Notes under the pieces: model-generated
What the model was told of the DNA's origin: nothing
Databases searched by the model: none
What the model saw: the letters and a program-made list of their open reading frames with translations, nothing else
NCBI GenBank assembly: GCA_046744115.1
Contig: JBKOXW010000039.1
Coordinates: 1-37,879 of the forward strand
Length of the DNA stretch: 37,879 nucleotides
Direction: 5' to 3'
Origin: Actinomycetota bacterium
Lineage (GTDB): Bacteria > Actinomycetota > Actinomycetes > Mycobacteriales > CADCTP01
Part shown: in pieces, positions 18,650-27,178 of the stretch
Layout: each line of letters begins with the position of its first letter
How positions within the stretch are numbered: the first letter of the stretch is position 1
Made by a program: the position numbers and the translations under genes

Positions 18650-19393
18650 ATGCTGTCAGGCATGCGCCGCCTGGTCATCGCCGGACTCATCCTGCTCGCG
18701 CTGCTGGTCGTGGTCGACCGGATAGCGGCCGTGGTGGCCGGCCGCGCCGTCGCCCGGCAGGTGCGTACCGAGCTGGCACTGGACCGGCAGCCGTCGGTCA
18801 GCGTGCACGGCTTCCCGTTCCTGACTCAGGCCATGCGCGGCAGGTACAGCGACATCGAGGTGCGCATCCCCGACGTCGACTCCGGCCCGCTGCAGGACAT
18901 CGAGGTGGACGCGCGGATGCGGGACCTCCGCGCGCCGCTGTCCGACATGGTCGCCGGGCGGCTCGACGCGGTGCCGGTCCGGGAGATCACCGGCACGCTC
19001 GCGGTGCACTACGACGACCTGGCCCGCGCCTCCGGCATCCGGGGCCTGCGCATCACCGAGGAGGGGGACGACGCGCTCCGGCTCAGCGGCACCGTCGAGG
19101 TGCTCGGGCGCGAGTTCGAGGCCTCGGCCACGGCCCAGGTCTCCGTGCTCGACGAGGATCTCGCCATCACCGCGGACAACGCGGAGATCGCCGGGGTACA
19201 GGCACCGGCGAGCCTGCGCGCGGCGGCAGCGGAGCTGCTGAGCTTCCGGGTGTCGCCGAGCGAGCTGCCGCTCGACCTGCGGGTGACCGGGGTGGCCACC
19301 GAACCGGACCAGCTCACCGTGGCCGCCCGCGCGCGGGACGTCGTGCTGCGCCGGGGCGAGGTCGGCAGCGGCGAGGCCGGGTCGGGTTCCTGA
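18650..19393 (+). CDS. DUF2993 / LmeA-family lipid-binding envelope protein
   Basis: N-terminal anchor (RRLVIAGLILLALLVVVDRIAA) followed by VSVHGFPFLTQAMRGRYSDIEVRIPDVD, typical of DUF2993. The position matches Rv0817c (from memory). An alternative ATG lies at 18662. Confidence 0.75.
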   Translation: MLSGMRRLVIAGLILLALLVVVDRIAAVVAGRAVARQVRTELALDRQPSVSVHGFPFLTQAMRGRYSDIEVRIPDVDSGPLQDIEVDARMRDLRAPLSDMVAGRLDAVPVREITGTLAVHYDDLARASGIRGLRITEEGDDALRLSGTVEVLGREFEASATAQVSVLDEDLAITADNAEIAGVQAPASLRAAAAELLSFRVSPSELPLDLRVTGVATEPDQLTVAARARDVVLRRGEVGSGEAGSGS

Positions 19394-19455
19394 CGGCTCG
19401 CGCGCGCCGCGGGCGTGCTGGCGGGCGGCGGCCGGAGCAACGCACACTGGACACC

Positions 19456-19890
19456 GTGACCGGTCTCGTCGTCCTGCTCGCGGTGCTCACCGGCGCCACC
19501 ATCGCCGGCCTGCTCTGGCGCCGCCGGGACGGCCGGATCCGCGCCGTCGCCGCCGACGGGGGAGACATCCTCGACCCCGCGTTGCTCGCCCGCCTCGGGG
19601 TGGACGCGGCCGCGGCGCCGGTGACGATGGTGCACTTCTCGTCCGCGTTCTGCCAGCCCTGCCGGGTCACCCGGCGGGTGATCGGTGAGGTGGCGGCGCT
19701 GCTGCCGGCGGTGCGGCACGTCGAGGTGGACGCCGAGTCGCACCTCGACGACGTGCGCGCACTGCGCATCATGCGTACCCCGACCGTGCTCGTCATCGAC
19801 CGGTCCGGCCGGGTGGTGAAGCGGGCAAGCGGAGCGCCGCGCAAGGCGGACGTGGTCGCGGCGGTGGCGCCGCTGCTCGTCGCCGCGTGA
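19456..19890 (+). CDS. Membrane-anchored thioredoxin-family protein (ThiX-like)
   Basis: C-terminal 144 aa of track ORF 17944..19890. It has a TM segment (VTGLVVLLAVLTGATIAGLLW), a CxxC motif (FCQPC) and a thioredoxin-like beta strand (RTPTVLVID). The GTG start at 19456 is uncertain. Confidence 0.7.
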   Translation: MTGLVVLLAVLTGATIAGLLWRRRDGRIRAVAADGGDILDPALLARLGVDAAAAPVTMVHFSSAFCQPCRVTRRVIGEVAALLPAVRHVEVDAESHLDDVRALRIMRTPTVLVIDRSGRVVKRASGAPRKADVVAAVAPLLVAA

Positions 19891-19943
19891 CGCCAGCGGC
19901 GCAGGCGGACTCCCCGCTGTCGCGCGCTGGTACCCTTCCCGCC

Positions 19944-20018
19944 ATGGGCACGCTGCTCACCCGTCGCCGCGCGGTCGACCTGTGCCGCGTGGGCAGCTGC
20001 CTGTGTCGAATGTCCTGA
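19944..20018 (+). CDS. Candidate 24-codon Cys-rich leader peptide MGTLLTRRRAVDLCRVGSCLCRMS
   Basis: ATG 19944 to TGA 20016-20018 in the 222-nt gap upstream of the DUF4395-rhodanese operon. Three Cys codons fall within the last 11 codons. The GGCAGCTGCC palindrome lies over the Cys codons. Confidence 0.45.
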   Translation: MGTLLTRRRAVDLCRVGSCLCRMS

Positions 20019-20071
20019 CCGGGCGGCGTCGTCCCGTGCCGGCCCACGCCGGCTGCTGACCCGCATGCCGC

Positions 20072-20102
20072 CCTGACGTGTCCACTGCCCGTCACCGTCA
20101 GG
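20072..20102 (+). promoter_or_regulatory. Hairpin CCTGACG-N17-CGTCAGG whose 3' arm overlaps the Shine-Dalgarno sequence (AGGAG, 20100-20104) of the DUF4395 gene
   Basis: Perfect 7-bp arms at 20072-20078 and 20096-20102. The ATG is at 20113. Confidence 0.45.
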
Positions 20103-20112
20103 AGTCCACCGC

Positions 20113-20547
20113 ATGGACATCGATCCGCGCGGGCCACGTTTCGCCGCGGCCGTCACCACGGTCGTGCTCGCGCTCGTCCTGCTGACCGGCAGCTGGCCGC
20201 TGCTGGCCGCGCAGGCGCTGGTCTTCGCGCTCAGCGCCGCCAACCTGCGCTGGTCGCCGTACGGCTGGCTGTACCGAACGCTCGCCGTGCCGCGCCTCGG
20301 CCCGCCGGCCGAGCTCGAGCCGTCCGCGCCACCGAGGTTCGCCCAGGGCGTCGGGTTCGCGTTCGCCGCCATCGGCGTCGTCGGCTACCTCGCCGGCGCC
20401 ACCGCGCTCGGCACCACCGCGACCGCGCTCGCGCTGGCCGCCGCGTTCCTCAACGCGGCGTTCGGCCTGTGCCTGGGCTGCGAGCTGTACCTCTGGATCC
20501 GCCGCATCGTGCCGCCCCGCACCACGACTGCGCCCATCAACGACTAA
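20113..20547 (+). CDS. DUF4395 membrane protein
   Basis: 144 aa in four hydrophobic segments (PRFAAAVTTVVLALVLL, PPRFAQGVGFAFAAIG, LGCELY). This family is commonly found next to rhodanese genes. Confidence 0.7.
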   Translation: MDIDPRGPRFAAAVTTVVLALVLLTGSWPLLAAQALVFALSAANLRWSPYGWLYRTLAVPRLGPPAELEPSAPPRFAQGVGFAFAAIGVVGYLAGATALGTTATALALAAAFLNAAFGLCLGCELYLWIRRIVPPRTTTAPIND

Positions 20548-20559
20548 GGAGCCCGCCCC

Positions 20560-21393
20560 ATGAGCCGCACCGACACACTCGTCACCGCCGACTGGGCCGA
20601 GCAGCATCTCGGCCAGCCGGACATCGTCTTCGTCGAGGTCGACGAGGACGTCACGGCCTACGACAAGGGACACATCGCCGGAGCCGTCAAGCTCGACTGG
20701 AAGGCCGAGCTGCAGGACCAGGTCCGGCGCGACTTCGTCACCAAGGAGCAGTTCGAGGCGCTGCTCTCGGCGAAGGGCATCGCCAACGACGACACGATCG
20801 TGCTGTACGGCGGCAACAACAACTGGTTCGCCGCGTACGCGTACTGGTATTTCAAGCTGTACGGCCACGAGAAGGTCAGGCTGCTCGACGGCGGGCGCAA
20901 GAAGTGGGAGCTGGACTCGCGGCCGCTCACCGAGGACGTCCCGCAGCGGCAGCCGACCCAGTACCGGGCCAAGGACCAGGACACCTCGATCCGCGCGTTC
21001 CGCGACGAGGTGCTCGCCTCGATCGGGGCGAAGAACCTGGTGGACGTGCGGTCGCCGGACGAGTTCGCCGGCCGGCTGCTGGCGCCGGCCCACCTGCCCC
21101 AGGAGCAGTCGCAGCGCGCCGGCCACATCCCCACCGCGATCAACGTGCCGTGGGCGAAGGCCGCCAACGAGGACGGCACGTTCAAGTCCGACGACGAGCT
21201 CCGCGCCCTGTACGCCGGCGCCGGGCTGGACGAGTCCCGGGACACGATCGCGTACTGCCGGATCGGCGAGCGCTCCTCGCACACCTGGTTCGCGCTGCAC
21301 GAGCTGCTCGACGAGCCGAACGTGAAGAACTACGACGGCTCCTGGACCGAGTACGGCTCGCTCGTCGGCGTGCCGATCGAGAAGGAGGCATAG
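20560..21393 (+). CDS. Thiosulfate/3-mercaptopyruvate sulfurtransferase (tandem rhodanese)
   Basis: 277 aa with the active-site loop YCRIGERSSHTWF and the motif KGHIAGA/AGHIPTAINVPW. It looks orthologous to CysA/SseA. Confidence 0.9.
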   Translation: MSRTDTLVTADWAEQHLGQPDIVFVEVDEDVTAYDKGHIAGAVKLDWKAELQDQVRRDFVTKEQFEALLSAKGIANDDTIVLYGGNNNWFAAYAYWYFKLYGHEKVRLLDGGRKKWELDSRPLTEDVPQRQPTQYRAKDQDTSIRAFRDEVLASIGAKNLVDVRSPDEFAGRLLAPAHLPQEQSQRAGHIPTAINVPWAKAANEDGTFKSDDELRALYAGAGLDESRDTIAYCRIGERSSHTWFALHELLDEPNVKNYDGSWTEYGSLVGVPIEKEA

Positions 21394-21395
21394 GC

Positions 21396-21704
21396 ATGTG
21401 CGGCGCGCTCGCCCAGGAGGACGCCCTGGACCAGACGCTGCCGGCCGCCGTCGACCCGGCCACCGCCACGATCATCCAAGGCCGGGTCGTGCACGACGGT
21501 GAGCCGGTGCCGGCCGCGTACGTCCGGCTGCTCGACCGGTCCGGCGACTTCACCGCGGAGGTGGTGAGCAGCGCCTCCGGCGTGTTCCGGTTCTTCGCCG
21601 CGCCGGGGCGGTGGACCGTGCGGGCGCTGTCCGCGCGGGGCACCGGCGAGCGGGCCGTCGACGCCGGGCTCGGGTTCACCGAGGTGCGAGTCGAGATCGG
21701 CTAG
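21396..21704 (+). CDS. DUF1416 (SseC-like) protein
   Basis: 102 aa (IIQGRVVHDGEPVPAAYVRLLDRSGDFTAEVVSSASGVFRFFAAPGRWTVRA). ATG 21396 is 6 nt after GGAGG and 2 nt after the rhodanese stop. Confidence 0.8.
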   Translation: MCGALAQEDALDQTLPAAVDPATATIIQGRVVHDGEPVPAAYVRLLDRSGDFTAEVVSSASGVFRFFAAPGRWTVRALSARGTGERAVDAGLGFTEVRVEIG

Positions 21705-21773
21705 GAGGCCGCTGAACAATCCCGTCCGTCGCGAGCGTCGCAGCAGGGCAGTGGATTGTTCAGCGGCCTCCTA
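21702..21773. mobile_element. MITE-like palindromic element, compact copy (72 nt)
   Basis: TAGGAGGCCGCTGAACAATCC ... GGATTGTTCAGCGGCCTCCTA. The terminal inverted repeats are a perfect 21 nt (19 nt plus TA flanks) around a 30-nt centre. It shares ends and internal sequence with 24004-24168. Confidence 0.75.
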
Positions 21774-21830
21774 ACCCGGGCGCGCTTCCCCCGGTGAGGG
21801 CGGTCGCCTTGTCCGCGACCGCCGTCGCGC

Positions 21831-22904
21831 TTGCCGGCTCCGCGCGGGCGAAGGTGGTTTACTCGGCCCGTCGGGGTGGATCACCGCCGTGGACAAGGGT
21901 GGCGTGGGTTGGACTTCGGGCTCGGCTCGACGCTGAGGGTCGGCCGCAACCTGCTGCTCCTGGCCATCGGCGCCGCGTTGCTCACTGTGTGGCTGGGCCC
22001 GGACAGCGAGGTGGCCGGTCCGGACCCGCTCTACGGGATGGTCGTCGACCCGGAGGTCAACGCCGGCCAGGCGGTCGGCCGGCTCGGCGACGTCGGCGTG
22101 CACACGGTCCGGCTGCGGATGGACGTCAAGGACTGGGCGACGCCGAGCGCGAACACCGGCGGAACCGCATACGAGGGCGCGCTGGACCAGGCCGAGCCGT
22201 TCGCCGACGCCGGCTTCCGGGTCGTCCTGCGAGTGAACAGCGAGGGCGGCGGCATCCCGTCGTACGGCCAGGCCCGCGGCTTCTTCCAGTGGCTGTCCGG
22301 TCGGCCCGGCTGGTCCTCGGTGGACGTGGTCGAGGTGCTCGGTCCGGTCACCGTGCGGGCGTCGAACGCGGACGCGTTCAGCACCACGCTCAGCCTCGGC
22401 GAGCAGGCTCGCCGGTACGTGCAGGGGCCGCTCAAGGCCGCCTGGGACCAGTTCGGCGGGTCCGACGTCGACGTGCTCGGTGCCGCGTTCACGCTGTGGG
22501 AGCAGACCCGCGACTTCTCCGCCTCGGCCTCGTACAACCTCAACGTGACGAAGGCGTACGTGCGGGCCGGCTACCTGCGCTACGTCGACTACGCCGGGCT
22601 GCAGCCCGACTTTCCGAGCCCGGCCGGGCAGGCGGCCTGGGTGCGCCGGGCGGCCGGCGTGCTCACCGACAAGCCGATCTGGATCAGCGAGTGGCGGCTC
22701 GACCAGCGGAGGTACGCCGACGCGTCGGCGTACACCGCGGCCATGTCCGACGCACGCAACCGGCTCGCCTCCATCGTCGCCGTCGACATGCTCGGCTACG
22801 CCACGTTCAGCGACGACACGATCGGGGTGGCGCGGGACGCCCTCGGCGGCTACCGGCCCCGGCAGCCCGCGTACGACACGTACCGCGACTGGCCGAAGGG
22901 CTAG
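21831..22904 (+). CDS. Hypothetical N-terminally anchored protein, possibly TIM-barrel glycoside-hydrolase-like
   Basis: GC3 is high from about 21900 onward. It has a TM segment (NLLLLAIGAALLTVWLG), then VHTVRLRMDVKDW ... VVEVLGPV ... KPIWISEW, reminiscent of clan GH-A strands. The start is uncertain (21831 or GTG 21876). The opposite-strand 466-aa ORF looks like a GC artefact. Confidence 0.55.
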   Translation: MPAPRGRRWFTRPVGVDHRRGQGWRGLDFGLGSTLRVGRNLLLLAIGAALLTVWLGPDSEVAGPDPLYGMVVDPEVNAGQAVGRLGDVGVHTVRLRMDVKDWATPSANTGGTAYEGALDQAEPFADAGFRVVLRVNSEGGGIPSYGQARGFFQWLSGRPGWSSVDVVEVLGPVTVRASNADAFSTTLSLGEQARRYVQGPLKAAWDQFGGSDVDVLGAAFTLWEQTRDFSASASYNLNVTKAYVRAGYLRYVDYAGLQPDFPSPAGQAAWVRRAAGVLTDKPIWISEWRLDQRRYADASAYTAAMSDARNRLASIVAVDMLGYATFSDDTIGVARDALGGYRPRQPAYDTYRDWPKG

Positions 22905-22921
22905 GTCTCGCAGAGCCGGTC

Positions 22922-23284
22922 TCAGTAGACCAGTGCCTGCGCGCCCTCGGCGACGGCCTCCTCGACGAACGTCTGCGAGCCGGCGATCCGCACGCCGTCG
23001 ATGACGTCGTCCGGGCCAATGCCGCGGCGGGCGGCGCACTGCGTGCAGAGCGTGACCGTCCCGCCGGTGAGCACTGCGGCGAGCAGGTCGGCGAGCGGCG
23101 CCGACTCGGCCAGCCGGAACTCCTCCGCCCGGCCGGGCAGCGCGAACCAGGCCGACTCGCCGGTGAGCCACAGCGACGTCGGCACCCCGGCGGCCACCGC
23201 GGTCGCGGCCACGGTGAACGCCTGGCTACACCGCTCCGGCGCGTCCGCACCGGCGGTGGCCTTGACGACGAGGGCGCGTGCCAT
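22922..23284 (-). CDS. DsrE/DsrF-family sulfur-relay-like protein
   Basis: 120 aa (MARALVVKATAGADAPERCSQAFTVAATA ... CTQCAARRG). Size and pattern fit DsrE-like proteins. Confidence 0.65.
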   Translation of the reverse strand: MARALVVKATAGADAPERCSQAFTVAATAVAAGVPTSLWLTGESAWFALPGRAEEFRLAESAPLADLLAAVLTGGTVTLCTQCAARRGIGPDDVIDGVRIAGSQTFVEEAVAEGAQALVY

Positions 23285-23340
23285 CTCGCCGGCAGTCTAG
23301 GTTGCCGCCGGGACGGGGTGTGCCCGCTATCCTCGCGGTC

Positions 23341-23442
23341 GTGCTGGAGACGGCGTACCTCGTGCTGCTCGTCGCCGCGGTCGTGGCCGTCGGGATCCTC
23401 GCGGCGTACGTGGTCTACCGGGCGTTCGCCGGGCAGCGTTGA
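23341..23442 (+). CDS. Candidate 33-aa single-TM mini-protein VLETAYLVLLVAAVVAVGILAAYVVYRAFAGQR
   Basis: GTG 23341 to TGA 23440-23442. It has one hydrophobic helix followed by a basic tail, with high GC3. Its stop overlaps the TTG (TTGA) at the head of the nitrobindin ORF and lies 8 nt before that ORF's first ATG. Confidence 0.4.
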   Translation: MLETAYLVLLVAAVVAVGILAAYVVYRAFAGQR

Positions 23443-23978
23443 GCGGCGCGATGGGCGGCACGTCGGGGTCGTCGGAGGCGCAGGCGCCGGCGCTGCATCC
23501 GAGCCTGGAGTCGTTGCGACCGCTGCTCGGCACGTGGCGGGGCACCGGCAAGGGCGGGTATCCGACCATCGACGACTTCGACTACGGGCAGCAGGTCACG
23601 TTCTCCCACGACGGCCGGCCGTTCCTGGCGTACGAGTCGCGGGCCTGGCTAATCGACGCCGCCGGTGACGTCATCCGACCGGCCGCCCGCGAGGTCGGCT
23701 GGTGGCGCGCGGGCGCGGAACCCGGCGAGCTCGAGGTGCTGCTCGCCCACCCGACCGGCCTCGTCGAGGTCTACACGGGCCGGGTGCGCGGGCCTGCCCA
23801 ATGGGAGCTGAGCACCGATGTGGTGGCCCGCACCCGCACGGCCAAGGAGGTCACGGCCAACCACCGGCTGTACGGGATCGTGGCGGGCACGCTGATGTAC
23901 GCGGTCGACATGGCGGCCGTGGGCCAACCGCTCCAGCCGCACCTGTCGGCCCGGCTGGAGCCGGTCACCCCGGCCTGA
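23439..23978 (+). CDS. Nitrobindin / FABP-like beta-barrel protein (DUF1794, UPF0678)
   Basis: LLGTWRGTGKGGYPTIDDFDYGQQVTFSHDGRPFLAYESRAW ... HLSARLEPV. The family matches Rv0813c/Rv2717c (from memory). The start is TTG 23439 or ATG 23451. Confidence 0.75.
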   Translation: MSGAMGGTSGSSEAQAPALHPSLESLRPLLGTWRGTGKGGYPTIDDFDYGQQVTFSHDGRPFLAYESRAWLIDAAGDVIRPAAREVGWWRAGAEPGELEVLLAHPTGLVEVYTGRVRGPAQWELSTDVVARTRTAKEVTANHRLYGIVAGTLMYAVDMAAVGQPLQPHLSARLEPVTPA

Positions 23979-24003
23979 CCACCCCGGAAGCGGGAGCTGC
24001 CGC

Positions 24004-24165
24004 TAGGAGGCCGCTGAACAATCCCGCCCGTCGCGAGCCAGGATCCAGGTGGCGGTCCGGCAAGGCCGAGGAGGGGCCGATATGAGACATATCGGCTACG
24101 ACGACAACGCCGCCGGTCGTCGCCTGGGCGCGGCGCAGCAGGGCAGTGGATTGTTCAGCGGCCTC

Positions 24166-24168
<3 letters not shown>
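24004..24168. mobile_element. MITE-like palindromic element, long copy (165 nt)
   Basis: It has the same 21-nt termini as 21702-21773 and shares the internal flanks CGTCGCGAGC and GCAGCAGGGCAGTGG. It carries about 94 extra internal nt, including the AT-rich palindrome GCCGATATG-AGA-CATATCGGC and GACGAC-N10-GTCGTC. Confidence 0.75.
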
Positions 24169-25481
<1,313 letters not shown>

Positions 25482-25485
<4 letters not shown>

Positions 25486-25853
25486 ATGTCCGGCCCGCCG
25501 ATGTCCAGCACCGGCCGGACCTCGATCAGGCCGTACTCGGCCTCGGGCATCCGGGCGGCGTGCTGGATCGCGCGATCCATGCTGTCGCACTCGACGAGGA
25601 AGAAACCGGCGAGGTATTCCTTGGCCTCGGCGAACGGCCCGTCGCTGGTCATCACCTCGCCGTCATGCACCGTGACCCGCTTGGCCAGCGACTGGTCGGC
25701 CAGCGCCTCGGAGACGATCAGGTCCCCCGACGTGGCGATCTCGTCGGTGAGCGCGCTGTAGTACGCGTAGCCCTCGGCGCGCTGCGCGTCCGAGAACGAC
25801 TCCCAGACCTGCCGGGACTCGGGGTTGCTGTAGATCAGGATCAGGTACTTCAC
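25482..25853 (-). CDS. YCII-related (DGPF-motif) protein, usual partner of ECF42 sigma factors
   Basis: VKYLILIYSNPES ... TSDGPFAEAKEYLAGFFLVECDSMDRAI. GTG start (rc of 25851-25853) lies 6 nt after GGAGG. Confidence 0.8.
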
Positions 25854-25893
25854 GGTGGCCTCCCGGGCGACTCGGACGGCTGTCGCCCAGTGT

Positions 25894-25921
25894 GTCGAAG
25901 CCAGGATCCACGGCCTCGACA
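25894..25921 (-). promoter_or_regulatory. Candidate ECF-type promoter for the YCII-sigma operon
   Basis: The minus strand reads TGTCGA (rc of 25916-25921), N17, TCGAC (rc of 25894-25898), about 40 nt upstream of the GTG. The match to the ECF42 consensus is from my recollection only. Confidence 0.3.
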
Positions 25922-26253
25922 TCCGGCGCAGCAGGGATGCCGATCGTCGCCCAGAACGCGGACAACCCCCGAGCCTGTCTCCGCAGCTGTCGACGCAGCG
26001 TCGGTCAGCCGGGGCCGGCTGGACAGGCCGGCGGCTCGGGGGCCGGGTAACTGCCGTGGATTCGCCGCACCGCTCTCGACGCGGGCGTTGGGCGAACCAG
26101 TGTCCTCGCGGGAGGGCGGCTAGCGGACAGTCACCTCACGTGTCCGAGATCTATTCAACTCTGGACCACCCCCTTCCTCGTGTACCGCGAACTTACGTGC
26201 GGACAGAACGCCGCGCAACGTCGTATCCCCGCGTGGCGGTTCGGCATCGCGGG

Positions 26254-27114
26254 TCACAGCCCGGCGGCGGCCTGGACTCCGGCGTTGAGGTCGGCGTCGA
26301 CCGGCAGCGCGACGCCGTCCAGCGCGGTCACCGGTACGGCGAGCCGCACGCTGGAGACCAGCCAGACCCCCGCGGCCACACGCAGGTCCTCGACGGTGCC
26401 GCGGGCGAACTCGGTGCGCAGGCCACGCTCGCCGGCACGGGCGAACACCGTCCGCACCGTCGTCCCGTCGAGGATGCCGAGCGGGTCGGGCGGGGGCGTG
26501 CGCAGCACGTCACCGTTGAGCCAGAGCACCGACGCGGTCGGGCTCTCGAGCAGCTGGCCGTCGGTCGAGGTGAAGATCACGTCGTCCGCGCCGAGCGACT
26601 GGGCGTGGCGCACGGCGGCCATGTTCACCGCGTACGAGATCGTCTTCACCCCGCCGAGCAGCCACGGCGCGGTGCGGTGCGCGTCGGCCGGCATGCCGCG
26701 GTCGAGCGTCACCACTCGCACGCCGGTGCTGCGCTGGCGCAGCGTCTCGGTGGGGACCGGGAAGAGCAGGGCGTACGCCGTCGGCACCGGCCGGCCGGCG
26801 TCGTCGGGGACGCCACGGGTGAGGATCAACCGGAGCGCCGCCTCGCCGGGCTGCCCCCATGCGGCGAGCATCTCGGCGACGAGCGCGCGCCACGCCGCCG
26901 GGTCCGGGGGCGGCAGGTCCAGCCGCGCCGCCGAGCGGCGGAGCCGCGCGAGGTGTGCCTCGAACGCGTCAACCAGCCCGGTCGCCGCGTCCGCGACGCG
27001 GAGGGTCTCGAAGCACCCGTCGCCGCGGATGACCCCGAGGTCGTCGCCGCGCAGCAGCGGTATGGCCGGATCGACCAGCCCGACGCCGACAACGCCCAGG
27101 ATGTGGTCCGTCAC
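26254..27114 (-). CDS. Class IV aminotransferase-fold enzyme (aminodeoxychorismate lyase PabC-like)
   Basis: 286 aa (RGDGCFETLRV, KTISYAVNMAAVRHAQSLGADDVIFTSTDG). GTG start at 27114. The position matches Rv0812 (from memory). Confidence 0.75.
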   Translation of the reverse strand: MTDHILGVVGVGLVDPAIPLLRGDDLGVIRGDGCFETLRVADAATGLVDAFEAHLARLRRSAARLDLPPPDPAAWRALVAEMLAAWGQPGEAALRLILTRGVPDDAGRPVPTAYALLFPVPTETLRQRSTGVRVVTLDRGMPADAHRTAPWLLGGVKTISYAVNMAAVRHAQSLGADDVIFTSTDGQLLESPTASVLWLNGDVLRTPPPDPLGILDGTTVRTVFARAGERGLRTEFARGTVEDLRVAAGVWLVSSVRLAVPVTALDGVALPVDADLNAGVQAAAGL

Positions 27115-27178
27115 CGCGCCAGCCTACGCACCGGGCCGGGGGCGGAATGCCGGCGGGCGCGACGGCGATACTGGAGAC

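Noticed and set aside
24071-24084. A near-ideal GGAGGGG-N5-ATG (ATG 24082) inside the long MITE copy. It opens a frame running antisense through the whole sigma gene.
   Set aside because: The downstream frame is the 24049..25761 GC-artefact ORF, with no protein-like sequence. The SD-ATG arrangement is probably coincidental, though element-borne outward translation signals could be checked by Ribo-seq.
25937-26050. A 37-codon ATG ORF (MPIVAQNADNPRACLRSCRRSVGQPGPAGQAGGSGAG) in the long spacer, and a plus-strand TGTCGA at 25988.
   Set aside because: There is no RBS and the composition is low-complexity. Nothing lies downstream on that strand for over 1 kb except sequence antisense to pabC. There is no supporting evidence.
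26225-26253. tRNA-like fragment GGTTCGGCATCGCGGG near the pabC stop.
   Set aside because: No cloverleaf can be built around it. It lacks the GTTCGAATC T-loop consensus and an acceptor stem.
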